Assembly: GCF_035594765.1 (NCBI RefSeq)
Contig: NC_085844.1
Coordinates: 228,858,107-228,922,106, forward strand
From: Anolis carolinensis
Taxonomy: Eukaryota
Direction: 5' to 3'
DNA length: 64,000 nt
Shown piece by piece: positions 23,971-36,574 of this stretch. Each line of letters opens with the position of its first letter. The first letter of the stretch is position 1. The notes beneath the pieces were generated by a model. The model made no database searches and was not told the origin of the DNA. It was given only the letters and a program-made list of their open reading frames with translations. The translations under genes and the position numbers were made by a program.

Positions 23971-24429
23971 GGGGCCGGGCTGTGGTGCAGGCTGGTGAGC
24001 AGCCTGCTGCAATAAACCACTCTGAGCATGAGGTCATGAGTTCGAGGCCAGCCCATTGCGGGGTGAGCACCCGTCAATTAAAAAATAAAAAGTAGCCCCT
24101 GCTTGTTGCTGACCTAGCAACCCAAAAGATAGCTGCATCTATCAAGTAGAAAATAAGGTGCCACTTATAAAGTAGGGAGGCAAATTTAACTAATTTACGA
24201 CGTTGGAATGAGTAAGTGCCGTCACAGTGGATGATGAAACAGCTGCTCCCCCCCTGTGGCCAGAATCGAACCTCCCCTCAGGAAAAGGTTAAATTGCCTC
24301 TGCGTCTGTCTCTGTCTTGGTTCTATGTGTATATGGGCATTGAATGTTTGCCTTATATGTATATAATGTGATCAACCTTGAGTCCCCTTCGGGGTGAGAA
24401 GGGTGGAATATAAATACTTTAAATAAATA
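23971..24429 (+). mobile_element. tRNA-derived SINE with L2-type tail (Anolis SINE2-like), nested in a MITE (~23898-24531)
   Basis: A/B boxes (TGGTGCAGGCTGG; GAGTTCGAGGCC), tail GAGTCCCCTTCGGGGTGAGAAGGG...AAATAAATA similar to L2 ends in this window. Confidence 0.8.
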
Positions 24430-24662
24430 CATTTTGTAGCGATTGCTTCCAGGCTTATGGGCAACGACGTCTGGCCACTCTCCTGATTGCTGCGGGAGTT
24501 CCTGGGATAAATGTACTGTCTGGACGGGCCCTGAGTCTTTTGAGAAGGACAAGATTCCACCATCCCGTTTCACCCTGGTGAGTTATCTGAACACAAACTA
24601 CTTTGGACCTCAGTTTGCAGCCATTGAAATAAGCTAAGGACAAGTGGATTGTGGAAGACAGA

Positions 24663-24806
24663 GGGCCCTTCCACACAGCCCCATATCCCAGAATATCAAG
24701 GCAGAAAATCCCACAATATCTGCTTAGAACTGGGCTATCTGAACCCACACTGCCATATAGTCAAAGCAGATGATGTGGGATTTTATTAAACTGTGTGGAA
24801 GGGTCC
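24663..24806. mobile_element. Palindromic Harbinger-like MITE
   Basis: TIR GGGCCCTTCCACACAG; TSD AGA. Confidence 0.85.
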
Positions 24807-25789
24807 AGAGAAACAGGGCAATGTAAAAGCAGCTTTAAAAAAGCAGGACAGCAGAACTGCTCCTACCAAATTGTGATAGTTGGGGGGCATACATGGTTAG
24901 CATGCTATGAGGAACCGAATGATTTTTCTAAGATGCACCATATTCTTGCACCTCACATCTATTTAATACTCACCTGTATGGTTTTTTATGGGCTGCTATT
25001 GTAAATTTATTTTAAAATTACTTTTAATTCTTCAGGAGTCCTGGTGCATACTTTGAAAGTCCTGCTGTTAAGAATAACAGAACTGGAATATATATCCCAA
25101 TGGTTATTTAATTACCTGTCAGTGATAATTTGCGCTGATAAAAATGTGTTTCTAGATAACAGCTCTCAACAATACCATTATTACCTATACCGCCTGAGGT
25201 ATTCTGGGAGTAGTGAGCCCAAAGGATAACTTTACAGTGTTTGCCCCGGTTTAGAGGAAAATGAATGGAATGGAAAATTCAAAAAGGTGTTTCTTCTTTT
25301 CTAGTAGCGCTAAAACTCAGAGAGCCATTCAATTACAGTAGACTCTTGGTATCTGCTGGGTTTTGGGTTCATTTAGAAAAGTGTCTAAAAAAGCATTATA
25401 ATGATGACAAATGCTATAAGCAGCAGAGACACTGTAAATCTTTTTTTCAAACTGTGTACTTGGAAGTGTACATGAAAATTGCTTTTCTCTGTGAGGCCAC
25501 TTCTAGGCCTGGCCCTAGGTATGTCTGTAGAATAGTTTTCAAAAAGCTTGGCCCACGTTGTCTGGGAGAAGTCTCCCTATCTGACCAAACTGAGAACCAG
25601 GCACATTAAAAAGACAGGGTGACTCATGATCCATTAAGAGAGCTGGCTTTCTATACTGTACATATTTTCCCAAATTGTTTTAAATTGCACGTCATCAAGA
25701 AAAAATATATATATTCCAGGGTGGTATGCATAAGCATTTCAGCTTGAGATACAACACTAGAAGAGTGAAAAGCACCAGAGGTAAACTCA

Positions 25790-25940
25790 GGGTCCTTCCA
25801 CCTAGCTATATAACCCAGAATATCAAGGCAGAAAAATTTCACAATATTTGCTTTGAACTGGGTTATCTGAGTCCACACTGCCCTATGTCCCAGTTCAAAG
25901 CAGATAATGTGGGATTTTATTCAGCTGTGTGGAAGGGAAC
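25790..25940. mobile_element. Palindromic Harbinger-like MITE
   Basis: Same family as 24663; TSD TCA. Confidence 0.8.
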
Positions 25941-26862
25941 TCAGTCAAGGAAGCCCCCAAGTCTGCAAGACCTGAGCAAGGCTCATGATGACAGGATGAC
26001 TTGGAGGTTGCAAGTTGACGTCATCTTGACAGTAGTTAACAACATATTTGAAGACACGAATAGCCAATTTTGTTGGGCTCTTCTACCTCTTAGTCTATTT
26101 CTCAGTGTGCTATGCATCCCATTGAACCCTGAGATTTGCAGTGTAGAATTATCAGCCAGATTGTTCCAATTTCTCACCAAAGTACAAAACCCAGGATACC
26201 ATTGGATGCAGCCATGGCAGTTAAAGTGGAGTCCTAAGCACTGTCATTATGGTGTGTGGAAGGGCAACAGGCCTACTTTAAGGACAAAGAATATTTTGAC
26301 TGGAAAGCAGGATGCTTCAAGTGGCTCATCTCCAGTTAGCAGCACCTAGCCACAGACTTTTCTGAACTTTAATGTTCACCATGAGCCTCCTCCTTTCCAA
26401 ATCATTTGAATGTTCCACTTACATAACCGGGAAATTTACCGATCTGTTAAATTGTCATTTGCAGTTCTAATTTAAAGGTTCACTGCCATGGCCATTACAA
26501 AAGCAAAAGTCCCAGCTTTTCTTGCAGATTCAAGGAGACAATTATAATGGCTCGAAAGGCCATTTGCTAATGTGTCTGCTCCCAGAATAGTTATAAAGCA
26601 TGAATTGGGCTGAGGGTTGTGGTGAGGACAAATAAATTCTAAATGAACTCATCCGTATAATCCAAGCTCTTTTACTAAGCCGAAGAGCCAAAATCCAGAA
26701 AACTGGTATATGGGGCTGCATTTAAATATAAAGAATTCACCATGCTAAAAGCTTCAAGGGTATGGGTACAAACAAACTCCACAGATAAAAGAAGTGGATT
26801 CTACAACCTGAAGTACATTAAAGTTACTAAGAAACTCTCAGGCCCTTCTACACTGCCATATA

Positions 26863-27199
26863 CAGTACAGTCTCACTTATCCAACCATTGCTTTTCCAAT
26901 GTTCTGGATTATCCAATGCAGTCTTCCTTTTAGTAGTCAGTGTTTTTATCGTCAATGTTTTCAATGTCTTGCAATGTTTTGGTGCTAAATTCATAAAGTA
27001 ATTACTACATAATGTTACCATGTATTTAACTGCTTTTTCTGTCGATTTGTTGTAAAACATGTTTTGATGCTTAATTTGTAAAATCATAACGTAATTTGAT
27101 GTTGAATAGGCTTTTCCTTAATCCCTCCTGATTATCCAAGATTTCCGCTTATCCAATGTTTTGCCGGCCAGTTTATGTTGGATAAGCGAGGCTCTACTG
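26863..27199. mobile_element. Tc1/mariner MITE nested in a Harbinger-like MITE (26841-27250)
   Basis: TIR family of 1727; TA flanks; host termini GGCCCTTCTACACTG and CAGTGGAGAAGGC either side. Confidence 0.85.
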
Positions 27200-29112
27200 T
27201 AATACAATTCAGAGCAAATAATTTGGATTTTACATGACAGTGGAGAAGGCTTTGGATAACTATAGGGAAGAGCACCAAATTTTGTAACATACCAAAGGAT
27301 CGGGCTCCTGAACTATATAAATGTATGGAGGGTACTTCCCCACTTAAGGGGGTCTCACCAGGCAATGGTCATATGCGTTTTCACAATTCTTGCATTTTGG
27401 CCATAAGGACTAGAAATTTGCTCTATGAAAAGAATGAAACTTGACATTATCAGAGTTTTAACTCTTGGATCCAGTATAAAATTCTTTATTGCTTATTTTT
27501 CAGTTTTATTTCTGAGCTTTCTATAAAATATTCAGGTGACACAGTCAAAAATAAGAATACATCATCATAAAAAAAGAACAAAAATGTCAATAAAACCGCA
27601 GAAACACTGCTTTAAAACACTCTAAAGAGGACCCCCCAAAAGGCAATAGCAGCATAAATGCAACTTAAGCAAGAATTCACTGAAATGGCCTGCCTAAAAG
27701 CAAGCAACAAAGGGTCTGAATAATAGACCTTCCTTGGCACTCTGCTCCAAATCTCTTCTAACACATCAAACTGTTCAGTACCTTATTTTTAGCTTTCATT
27801 GAACTGTGGGGCACACACAACTTTGCTATTGAGAATATACCTTTCCTTTAGTGCAATCAAGAGGGGCATCTACACCTCAGAATTAATGCAGTTTGACGCC
27901 ACTTTAATTGACATGGTTCAATGCTAAAGAACCATGGGAGTTATGGTTTTATAAGGACTTTCATAGCGTTGAGCCATGGCAATTAAAAGTTGGGTCAAAC
28001 TTCATCAATTCTACAGTGTAGAAATACCCAAGATGAGGGGTGGCATTTTTTGGGTAACACCTCCTTTAAAAAAAGAGCTATACTACATATAACTGACCAT
28101 GAAAACTTGGCTCTTCCATCTCAAGCACACTAAAGCCAATGTGTATTAATTAGAAGATGCATGACAGTTTTGTGAAAAGCTATAGGTTGTAATAAAATTG
28201 CATCTCAAAGGAAAAGAACTCATTATGACACTAGCTCAATTATGCCGATCGTTCTACTCAAGTGTGCTGATCACTTCATGCTCAATTTACCTATTAACTG
28301 GCAAAATAATCAAAGACTGGCCTTCTGTTCCCTTGCTCCTAATATGCCATGGGCTGCATAAAAATTAAAAACTTGTTGTAATTCAGGAATCCTTCTGCAG
28401 TAGTAGGATTGGATTTCACCTTGGGTTGTTATGCTTGTTTGCCTTACCCAGGCATGAGCATCGGTAACCCTTCACACAATTTTAGACTTCATGTCCGATA
28501 ATATTGCACCTTTGGCTATGCCATTTAAGGCAGATAGGAATTGCAGACTTTAAAAAACCAGTCCCCACTATGCCTACAAGTCTGTCAATCACAGCTTAAT
28601 GTAAATCAGGGCTCTGCTTGCTCTTTAAGGTCTCAGAGCCCTATCCATTTTAAAATGTGATTATTCTTGTGAAAGCAAACAAAAGCCATGGTTTATATTT
28701 TCATGCACCTTTAAACCAGGAACATTTGTTAACCTAAACTCTTCTCTAGACCTGATCCACAACATTTTGAGGGGCACTCCTTCCCTGTCAAAACCCCTCA
28801 CTCTCATAGGGATGCACGCAACTGAGATCCTGTTCATTGTGTGCTTGGTTTAAGGACTCCAATGGTGCTAGAGTGCATGGCCACGATTCTGAGGTTATCC
28901 CATTTATGGCTCTAGGGCAAACAATCTGGTTCCCTCCTCTTAAATGGTTCCACTCTCTTGCCATCTGTGAAACAAAGCTCAGCTGTCCTTCAAACTTGTG
29001 ACTCTTAAAAAAAATTGGTTCTTTATTTTTTTTTAAAAAATGAACCCAAAAGTGCGTATCAGGAAAGTAACATTCAAAGTGCATTACATTTTGATAACTG
29101 CCTGCAAAAACA

Positions 29113-29182
29113 AAGGAGGAGGAGAGGGAGGAAGAAGAAGAAGAGGAGGAGGAAGAGGATGATGGTGAGGAGGAGGAGGAGA
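29113..29182. repeat. GA-rich (GAG/GAA)n low-complexity tract
   Basis: Imperfect trinucleotide run. Confidence 0.85.
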
Positions 29183-29244
29183 CTGCAGGGAAACCAAAAC
29201 TGACTGATGTTTTCTGTCTTTATATGGCATACTGTAGTAATTGA

Positions 29245-30145
29245 TATTTTATTTATTTACAGTAGAGTCTCACTTATCCAGCATTCGCTTATCCAACGTT
29301 CTAGATTATCCAACACATTTTTGTAGTCAATGTTTTCAATACATCATGATATTTTGGTGCTAAATTTGTAAATACAGTAATTACTACGTAGCATTACTGC
29401 ATATTAAACTACTTTTGCTGTCAAATTTGTTGTATAACATGATGTTTTGGTGCTTAATTTGTAAAATCATAACCTAATTTGATGTTTAATAGGCTTCTCC
29501 TTAATCTCTCCTTATTATCCAACATATTCGCTTATCCAATGTTCTGCCAGCCTGTTTATGTTGGATAAGTGAGACTCTACTGTATTTATTTAGGATATTT
29601 CTATCCCACCTTTTTCCACAATGCAAACCCAAGGCAGCTTACAAACAGAACACAAACATTAACATCCTTCAATCAGGAAAACAAAATAGATAAAACCATG
29701 ATAAAACAACAGTCAATAAAATCCCACATTTCAGTTAAAACCATAACCTCTTCCCCAGTGTATCCTCCTCCATCCTGATCACAAAATCCCCAACTCCTAC
29801 CATGGCTCAATTAAAGGCCTTGTTAAATAAGAAAGTCTTAATCCCCTTCCTAAAGCTGAGTAAAGATGGAGCAGCTCTTAGTTCTTCAGGGAGGGAGTTC
29901 CAGAGGGCTGGGGCTGCACCCAAGAAGGAGCCTTCTCTAGTTATGGGTAAACACATATTGGTGCGGGCTCGTGTGTAGATTCGAGTTTCCCTGCTTGATC
30001 TAAGTTTGTGTCCTGGGATGAAATGGGGGACACAGTGATCCAGATAAGCTGGACCTAAACCATATAGGGCTTTATAGGTGATGACCAGCACCTTGAATTG
30101 AGCCCGGAACCGGACAGGCAACGAATAGAGCTGCTTCAGGATAGG
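29245..30145 (-). mobile_element. L2 LINE 3' fragment
   Basis: ORF PVRFRAQFKVLVITYKALYGLGPAYL...APALWNSLPEELR...KTFLF; (TTTA)n tail split by the MITE at 29260. Confidence 0.88.
29260..29582. mobile_element. Tc1/mariner MITE inserted in the L2 tail
   Basis: TIR CAGTAGAGTCTCACTTATCCA, TA flanks. Confidence 0.9.
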
Positions 30146-31377
30146 TGTAATATTCAGGATAGGATATTAACAATATGGAACTGTATCTACAATCCCTGAC
30201 CTCACACACTCACTTAAAAGTCAAAATAGCACTTACACATAGCTGTCAGCACACCTAACTGGAACATATCTTATGCAGGGACCCTTTCTCAGCAGATATT
30301 GTTCCTATTACTACATTACTCATAGGCAGTCACTACTTAGGTCCAATGTAGTATGGTAGTTTGAGTATTGGACTAGAATTCCAGGGTTCAGCCAGGAAGC
30401 CGTTGATTGCTCTTGGGAAAGTCACTCTTTCTCAGTTGAAAAAGACAGTGTCAGACTTTGTCTTAATAATCTTGCTATGAAATCCATCATAAGTTGGAAT
30501 CAATCTGAAGGCACATAACAAAATCAAAAGGCCTCTATTTAGGCCTTTGACTAAACAAAGAGATGCCAGAAGAGAAGTGACAAGCAAAATCTTACTTCCC
30601 CTCTTTGTTCATCTTCAAATGTATATCTGTGAGTGTATTGGGGGGAAGAGAGAGAGAAAGAAAGAGAAGCAAGGACAGATGGGGCTTTAAAAATGTGGAA
30701 AGCTATTGGAGAAAATCAATATGCAACTTCAGAACAAATCTACTGACTTCAGTCATAAGTGGGTATAAAATTGCAACCTAAGTGTTTACAAGATTATAAC
30801 CTTAGTGATAAAACAGAAGATAAGGAAGTAAAGAACCAGAAAAAAAGATACAAAAATAGTTTCTGACAATCTTGCAAAACAATTGCAAAAGAAACAACAA
30901 TTTAAATAACTCTTCCAATTTACCATCCCCCTTGCGAATAATAAAAAATGGACCTCTATGGTATTTAGCACTTGGTACTAGAAGAAAAACAGTAAGCCAA
31001 TAATGAACTACTAGTCATCCTGATATATTTACTAGTTTACTTCATGTTTGTGTTGGTTACATGAAGGTGATTTTCAAAGCTATCATGGGGTGAGTTGTTT
31101 CCAATTATCCACTTATACCGCCATACATGTCCAAGAAGGTTGAGCTGAAGCAGTGTGGTAAAAAATAGCCAAACTCAAATGCTGAGGCTTTTGTATACAA
31201 AGAGCATACATGTGACACAGTGAACAACTTAAAATGGCCTCTTCATAGTTATTGCTTAGGTCTTCCTTTGGGATTATCATGGAGAAAATGTTTTTCAACA
31301 GAAACCAGCAACAAGGTGGTTTTTTGCTGATCAAGAGGTTTCCAGAAGGACTTGGTTAGGAGAAGAAATACGCTGCT

Positions 31378-31525
31378 CTACTGCTCTTTCAGTTTATATC
31401 GAACTATGACATCAATTTCTGGCTGCAACATTCCAAAGCCATAGCGTTCCTTGTCAAAGTCTGGTATCTTTGCCTTAGGATCTTTCAGTTCCAAATCAAA
31501 GTATGTTAAGAAGAGAAAAATGCAC
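31378..31525 (-). CDS. PTGIS: Prostacyclin synthase exon 10, coding part to TAG (CIFLFLTYFDLELKDPKAKIPDFDKERYGFGMLQPEIDVIVRYKLKEQ*)
   Basis: Read manually; TTTCAG acceptor, frame continues from exon 9, RYGFGMLQPE motif, stop at 31380-31378. Confidence 0.95.
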
Positions 31526-31762
31526 CTGAAATGATAAAATGATCAGATCAGTAAGGCCTAAGCTGCATAAATATTTTGGATTCATATAAAGCAGTTACAA
31601 ATATCTCTGGATAGTCTGAATATAATTTCAATAGAACAAATATTATAGAGTTGGCCCTCCAGATTTGGTTTAGATTTCTGTAGATCTGATTACAATTTTC
31701 TCTCAATGATCCTCCATTCAAACTCCATGGTTGACCATAAAGTCCTGATGGAGGACCTAGAC

Positions 31763-31881
31763 CAGTGGCTCTCAACCTGTGGGTCCCGAGATGTTTTGGT
31801 CTTCAACTCCCAGAAATCCTATCAGCTGGTAAACTGGTTGTAGGCCAAAACACCTGGAGACCTACAGATTGAGAACCACTG
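31763..31881. mobile_element. hAT MITE with SPIN-like termini (PTGIS intron 9)
   Basis: Same family as 15336; TSD ACCTAGAC/ATCTAGAC. Confidence 0.85.
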
Positions 31882-32244
31882 ATCTAGACATTTCTAGAGA
31901 AATGTTTTCTCAAGTAAAAAAAGCTTTTTTCCATTTCATATTTTTTCTACTTTTGATGGGGCCCTGCACCCCTAATCCCAGTGAATATGGAGAAATGATT
32001 TTGGTTCTAAAATCCACTTGAACAGAATGCCTATTTGCATAATAGCCTCAATGAATTCTATGGAAAAAGAAAGAGATGCACAGTTTTAATGGGTCCATAT
32101 TTGCAGATGAAACAACTGAAAACTGCATTGCATCAAAACCTTTCCTTTCCTTGTTCGTTTGAGAGATTTATTTTCTGCCCCAAGCCAAGAATGCTTTCTT
32201 TTGATTAATATTACTGTTACAGAGGAAGCTACTTATCCACTCAC

Positions 32245-32396
32245 TGTTTGATACTATTCACTGCGAAGAACTTTCCAATACAGACGTTGATTCCTGCTCC
32301 CCATGGCATGGTATAATACTTCAGTTTTTCTCCTCCTTTATAGAAGTCTGTTTTTTCTGTTCCATCGGCATTGAGGAACCTGTCATATTTGAATAT
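32245..32396 (-). CDS. PTGIS: Prostacyclin synthase exon 9, heme-binding ([51 protein letters not shown])
   Basis: Read manually; ATCCAG acceptor, GTGAGT donor, 152 nt; WGAGxxxCxG heme-thiolate motif of CYP8. Confidence 0.96.
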
Positions 32397-32587
32397 CTGG
32401 ATCAGAAGGGATCAAAAAGTTCAGGAGTGAGACAAACTTTCATCTTATCGTGAACTAACAAGTGTTTAAAATGAGAGTTGCAAGCATTTTAAAATTCTGC
32501 AGGATACCATTTGGATGTTCAAACAACAATCGTTTCCCTTAAAAGGTTACAGGATTGGTCCCAGCTATAGTCACACTGAGGGTAGAC

Positions 32588-32678
32588 CAGGCATGGGCAA
32601 ACTCCGGCCCTCCGGCTGTTAGGAATTGTGGGAGTTGAAGTCCAAAACACCTGGAGGGCTGAAGTTTGCCCATGCCTG
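32588..32678. mobile_element. hAT MITE, 91 bp
   Basis: TIR CAGGCATGGGCAAACT; perfect 8-bp TSD GGGTAGAC. Confidence 0.9.
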
Positions 32679-32713
32679 GGGTAGACCTACTGAAATCAGT
32701 AAGGTTTGTCTCA

Positions 32714-32850
32714 GGCCCCATCTACACTGCCATATAATGCAGCTTCAGAATGCAGTTTAACTGTATTGAACTGGATTATATGAATCTACATTGCCATATA
32801 ATGGAGCTCAATGAAGTTAAAGTGTGTTATATGGCAGTGTAGAAGGCGCC
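32714..32850. mobile_element. Palindromic Harbinger-like MITE
   Basis: TCTACACTGCCATATAA / TTATATGGCAGTGTAGA arms; TSD TCA. Confidence 0.8.
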
Positions 32851-34994
32851 TCAGTGGGAGGAGATTAGTATAGTCACATAAGGAAAAAACTGCAATGAGA
32901 TTCCTTTCATGTTGTTATAGATGCATCCCTAGATAATTTGCCAGTCCAAATAGCATTTTAGTGTTAGTTCATTTTTGGTAAGTTTCTACCTATTTGAAAG
33001 ATTCAGGATAAGACAAAACTGATATATCTTCCTATCCCTATTTTGGAGTGAAACCTTAAATCCATTGTGATGCAAGGTAGAGAAAAGTGACTTGTTTGAA
33101 CTGCAGTTCCCAGAATCCATCAAAAACTCACCTTCCCTTTCCTGCCTTTCCTAACAACTTGCAATAATTCTAGACATAGAAGTTGAACATGGTAAAAATG
33201 AGAAAATCAATTGCAATATTCATTGGAGATTCTTCCTCACTTCATGTTACAGCAATTAGATATTATTGAGTAGTTTTTTGGTTTGGGCTCCAGAATAGAA
33301 TACAGGAATTTTATTGCTTTTTGCGATGCTGGTGAGCATCGTATAATGTTGCAAACAATAATTTAATGAGACTTGTATTGCAATAATATCAGCATCATTT
33401 CTGCCATGATGGTCCCTGGGAAGCTGTTGTCAGAAGAAAGAATCCCAGTTTGAATCTTTGTTAACAGAGAGAAAATTAATGGAGGGAGGAAAGGAAGGCA
33501 GGTTAGGAACACTGAGAAGGAGAAACCTCACTGATATATTTTTAAAAGAGCTTTAGACTGTTGTCACAGCAACGGCCAAAGAAGAATTTCACTCCTCAAA
33601 GTGCACCAATGCTGGTCTTTATTTAGTACTGTTTATATAATGCTATTTTAGGGATCTTAAATATACATTCAGAAAACTCGTTTCTTTTCTCTTGGGCGGG
33701 GGGTCCAATTTGGCGAGTAACAGTATATTCAAGTTGTCTGATAGATTACTAAAACATTAAGTTATATGGTGTTATATGAGTGAATCATCACACCACATTT
33801 ACAGAGACTGATATTGTATCAACTGCTGCCATGTTTTTTCAGTGGGAAGTATTAAAACATTCAACATCGAGTCATCGGGTTCAGAGAAAATCAGAAGTGT
33901 GGAAAGCAAGTGAGGTGTGTAGATGTGTGTAATCCACTCTTTGTGACTCCAGAATGGAGCTTGCAGCAGATTCGAATTTAATTTTTTAATATTTAAATGG
34001 CAGCACAGATGCATTCGGATTTTGCTCCGAAAAGTACTTCTAATAACAGCATCAAGTGACATTCCTAGAAGTGATAATCCCAGTTCAAGTGTTTTCAAAT
34101 TCAACAGTTCTCATTATGTATCTTGAGTTGTTTCAGCACATGGAGACACTCACAAGCCTTGCACCATGCTGTTGACCCTGGTTGATCCCAAAATGGTAGC
34201 CTGGGGACTGTGTGTTTGGAAGATCCAGGGGATGGACTGCAGGGGGATTTCACTGTTGCTTCCCTGCCCCACTTCTGTGTTTTAATACTGACATTGTCAA
34301 TCATAATCTTTGGACACAGCTATTGAACTAGATTCATTTCCATAAACTGAGCAGAATTTATCCTGGCTCTGCTAGTAATTGAATGCTCAAAACGCCTTCA
34401 GAACATCCAGGTCCTCTTTTATTTTAACCTAAGCAGCCTCCCCACTCACATCTCTCTTGTTTTTATTATTTTAGGCCTAGGAAAGGACCAGGAAGGGAAG
34501 TAATCTGTTACAAAAAAAAAGAGGATGCACTCCTGGGTCTAAAATGGCACAAGAAGGCCAGAGGGACATTTTGGACTAAAAATGGGAAGATATTTGAAGG
34601 ATTTGGTAAGGGATGACGCACTAAGGGCTCCTGGGAATTAATGTAGTTCCTGGCTCCCACAGTTGTCCAGTTTTGCTTTAGATTAACATAGACAATCACA
34701 TCATCTGTGATGGTATCATGTATAGGCTTGGTTTTGTAAAGGCAACTATCTCACATTAGCTTTACCTGTTCCTGGGAAAAGTGAAACTGCCAGAGCTGGT
34801 TTGCTGATAGAGACAAACATATTTATGTGCATTTTCTAATTTTCCATGTGGATTTGGATATGGTCACAGTCATGATAAGTGCCTATAGTACAAAATGTAT
34901 CACTACAGAACTGATTTGAGCTCAAAGGAAGGATGCCACACACTGCATCACATTTTCAAGTTAAGCACAAGCGTACCACAAAAGGAACCTCTCA

Positions 34995-35357
<363 letters not shown>

Positions 35358-36327
35358 TTACACAATGAAATGGCTTTCAAAACCTGCCTGCAAATGCAGG
35401 AGTTCCTACCATTTCCTGAGCCAGCAACAAATGAAAAGTAATACAAACCATTGTAAATGTGCCAGAACATTTGTTAGAGGTGTATCATTGTAACACCAGC
35501 ATGAAAAAAATATATGTTTTCAAATAGTTTGAAGAATCAGGTGTCAGTGCTAAACAGTTGTTAATACCAAAGGGATGGGCACAATTATTTGCTCAGGCAT
35601 GAAGCCCACTAGTGATCTATCTTGTTGGGCTGTGGTGATTATAAGGAAATAACACATACAATTTTGAACTCCTTTGTTCGAAGGATGGAAAACCCTTAGT
35701 CCTGCAGTTGAAATGCAACTTTCATAATCCCTTACAGTGGCTATGTAGGTTGGCACTTACGGGAACTGAATCCCCAAATATCTGCAAAACTACTTATAGA
35801 GAAGGAAGAGAAAATGGGCATAGCCCCTACACACAGGAACTGTCGCCCTCAAAATTAAATTTTCTAACAGTCCCCAGATGTCTAGTATTGAAGAAAGAGA
35901 GATAGGGTTAACATCTAGAACTCATATTTTCTGTGCGCGCATTTGCCTGGCCCTTTTATTTGGATGCTAAATATCTAAATGATCAAAAACTTTTTAAATT
36001 ACTGCAATACTAGCAATTTGGAAAGGAAGAAAAAGTTTATTGGGGGAAGAGGTCTCACCTCATTTTAGATTCCAAAGGTGTATCCATACAGCACCACACC
36101 ACTACTGGGATTTGTAGTTTGGGGCAGGGCAGTTAGAATTCTTTAGCCCACATCAATGAATATCTGGCAGAGAATTCAGAAGTCCTAATCAAACTAAAAA
36201 TCCACCTGTTGAAAGCCTGATACTTTGAGAGCTATCCCAGTGTTACAGTTTTCTAATGTAGATACATTCTAAAACTCAAGTGGAAAGGTGGGATAATAAT
36301 GTAATAAATATATGTGTGTAAGGACAT

Positions 36328-36574
36328 CTGGCCTGCATTGTCTGTAGACACCTCCAAGGTCATGTGGCCGGCATGACTGCATGGAGCACCGTTACCTTCC
36401 TGCCAGAGCGATACCTATTGATCTACTCCCATTAGCATGTTTTCAAACTGCTTGATTGGCAGAAGCTGAGGCTAACAGTAGGGGCTCATCCCGCTCCCCG
36501 GATTTGAACCACCAACCTTTCAGTCAGCAAGTTCTGCAGCTCAGTGGTTTAACCTGCTGTGCCACCAGCGGCTC
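36328..36574 (-). mobile_element. Sauria SINE lacking 3' tail
   Basis: Matches 40693-41019. Confidence 0.85.

Noticed and set aside
23971-24055. tRNA gene
   Set aside because: A/B boxes belong to a SINE head; same for the other SINEs
25726-26349. 207-aa ORF
   Set aside because: Runs through MITE sequence, no motif, antisense to both genes
29015-29203. Arg/Lys-rich protamine-like ORF
   Set aside because: Translation of a GA-rich simple repeat
27400-31377. PTGIS polyadenylation signal
   Set aside because: Minus-strand AATAAA candidates I noticed fall in repeat tails or T-rich tracts; cannot choose one
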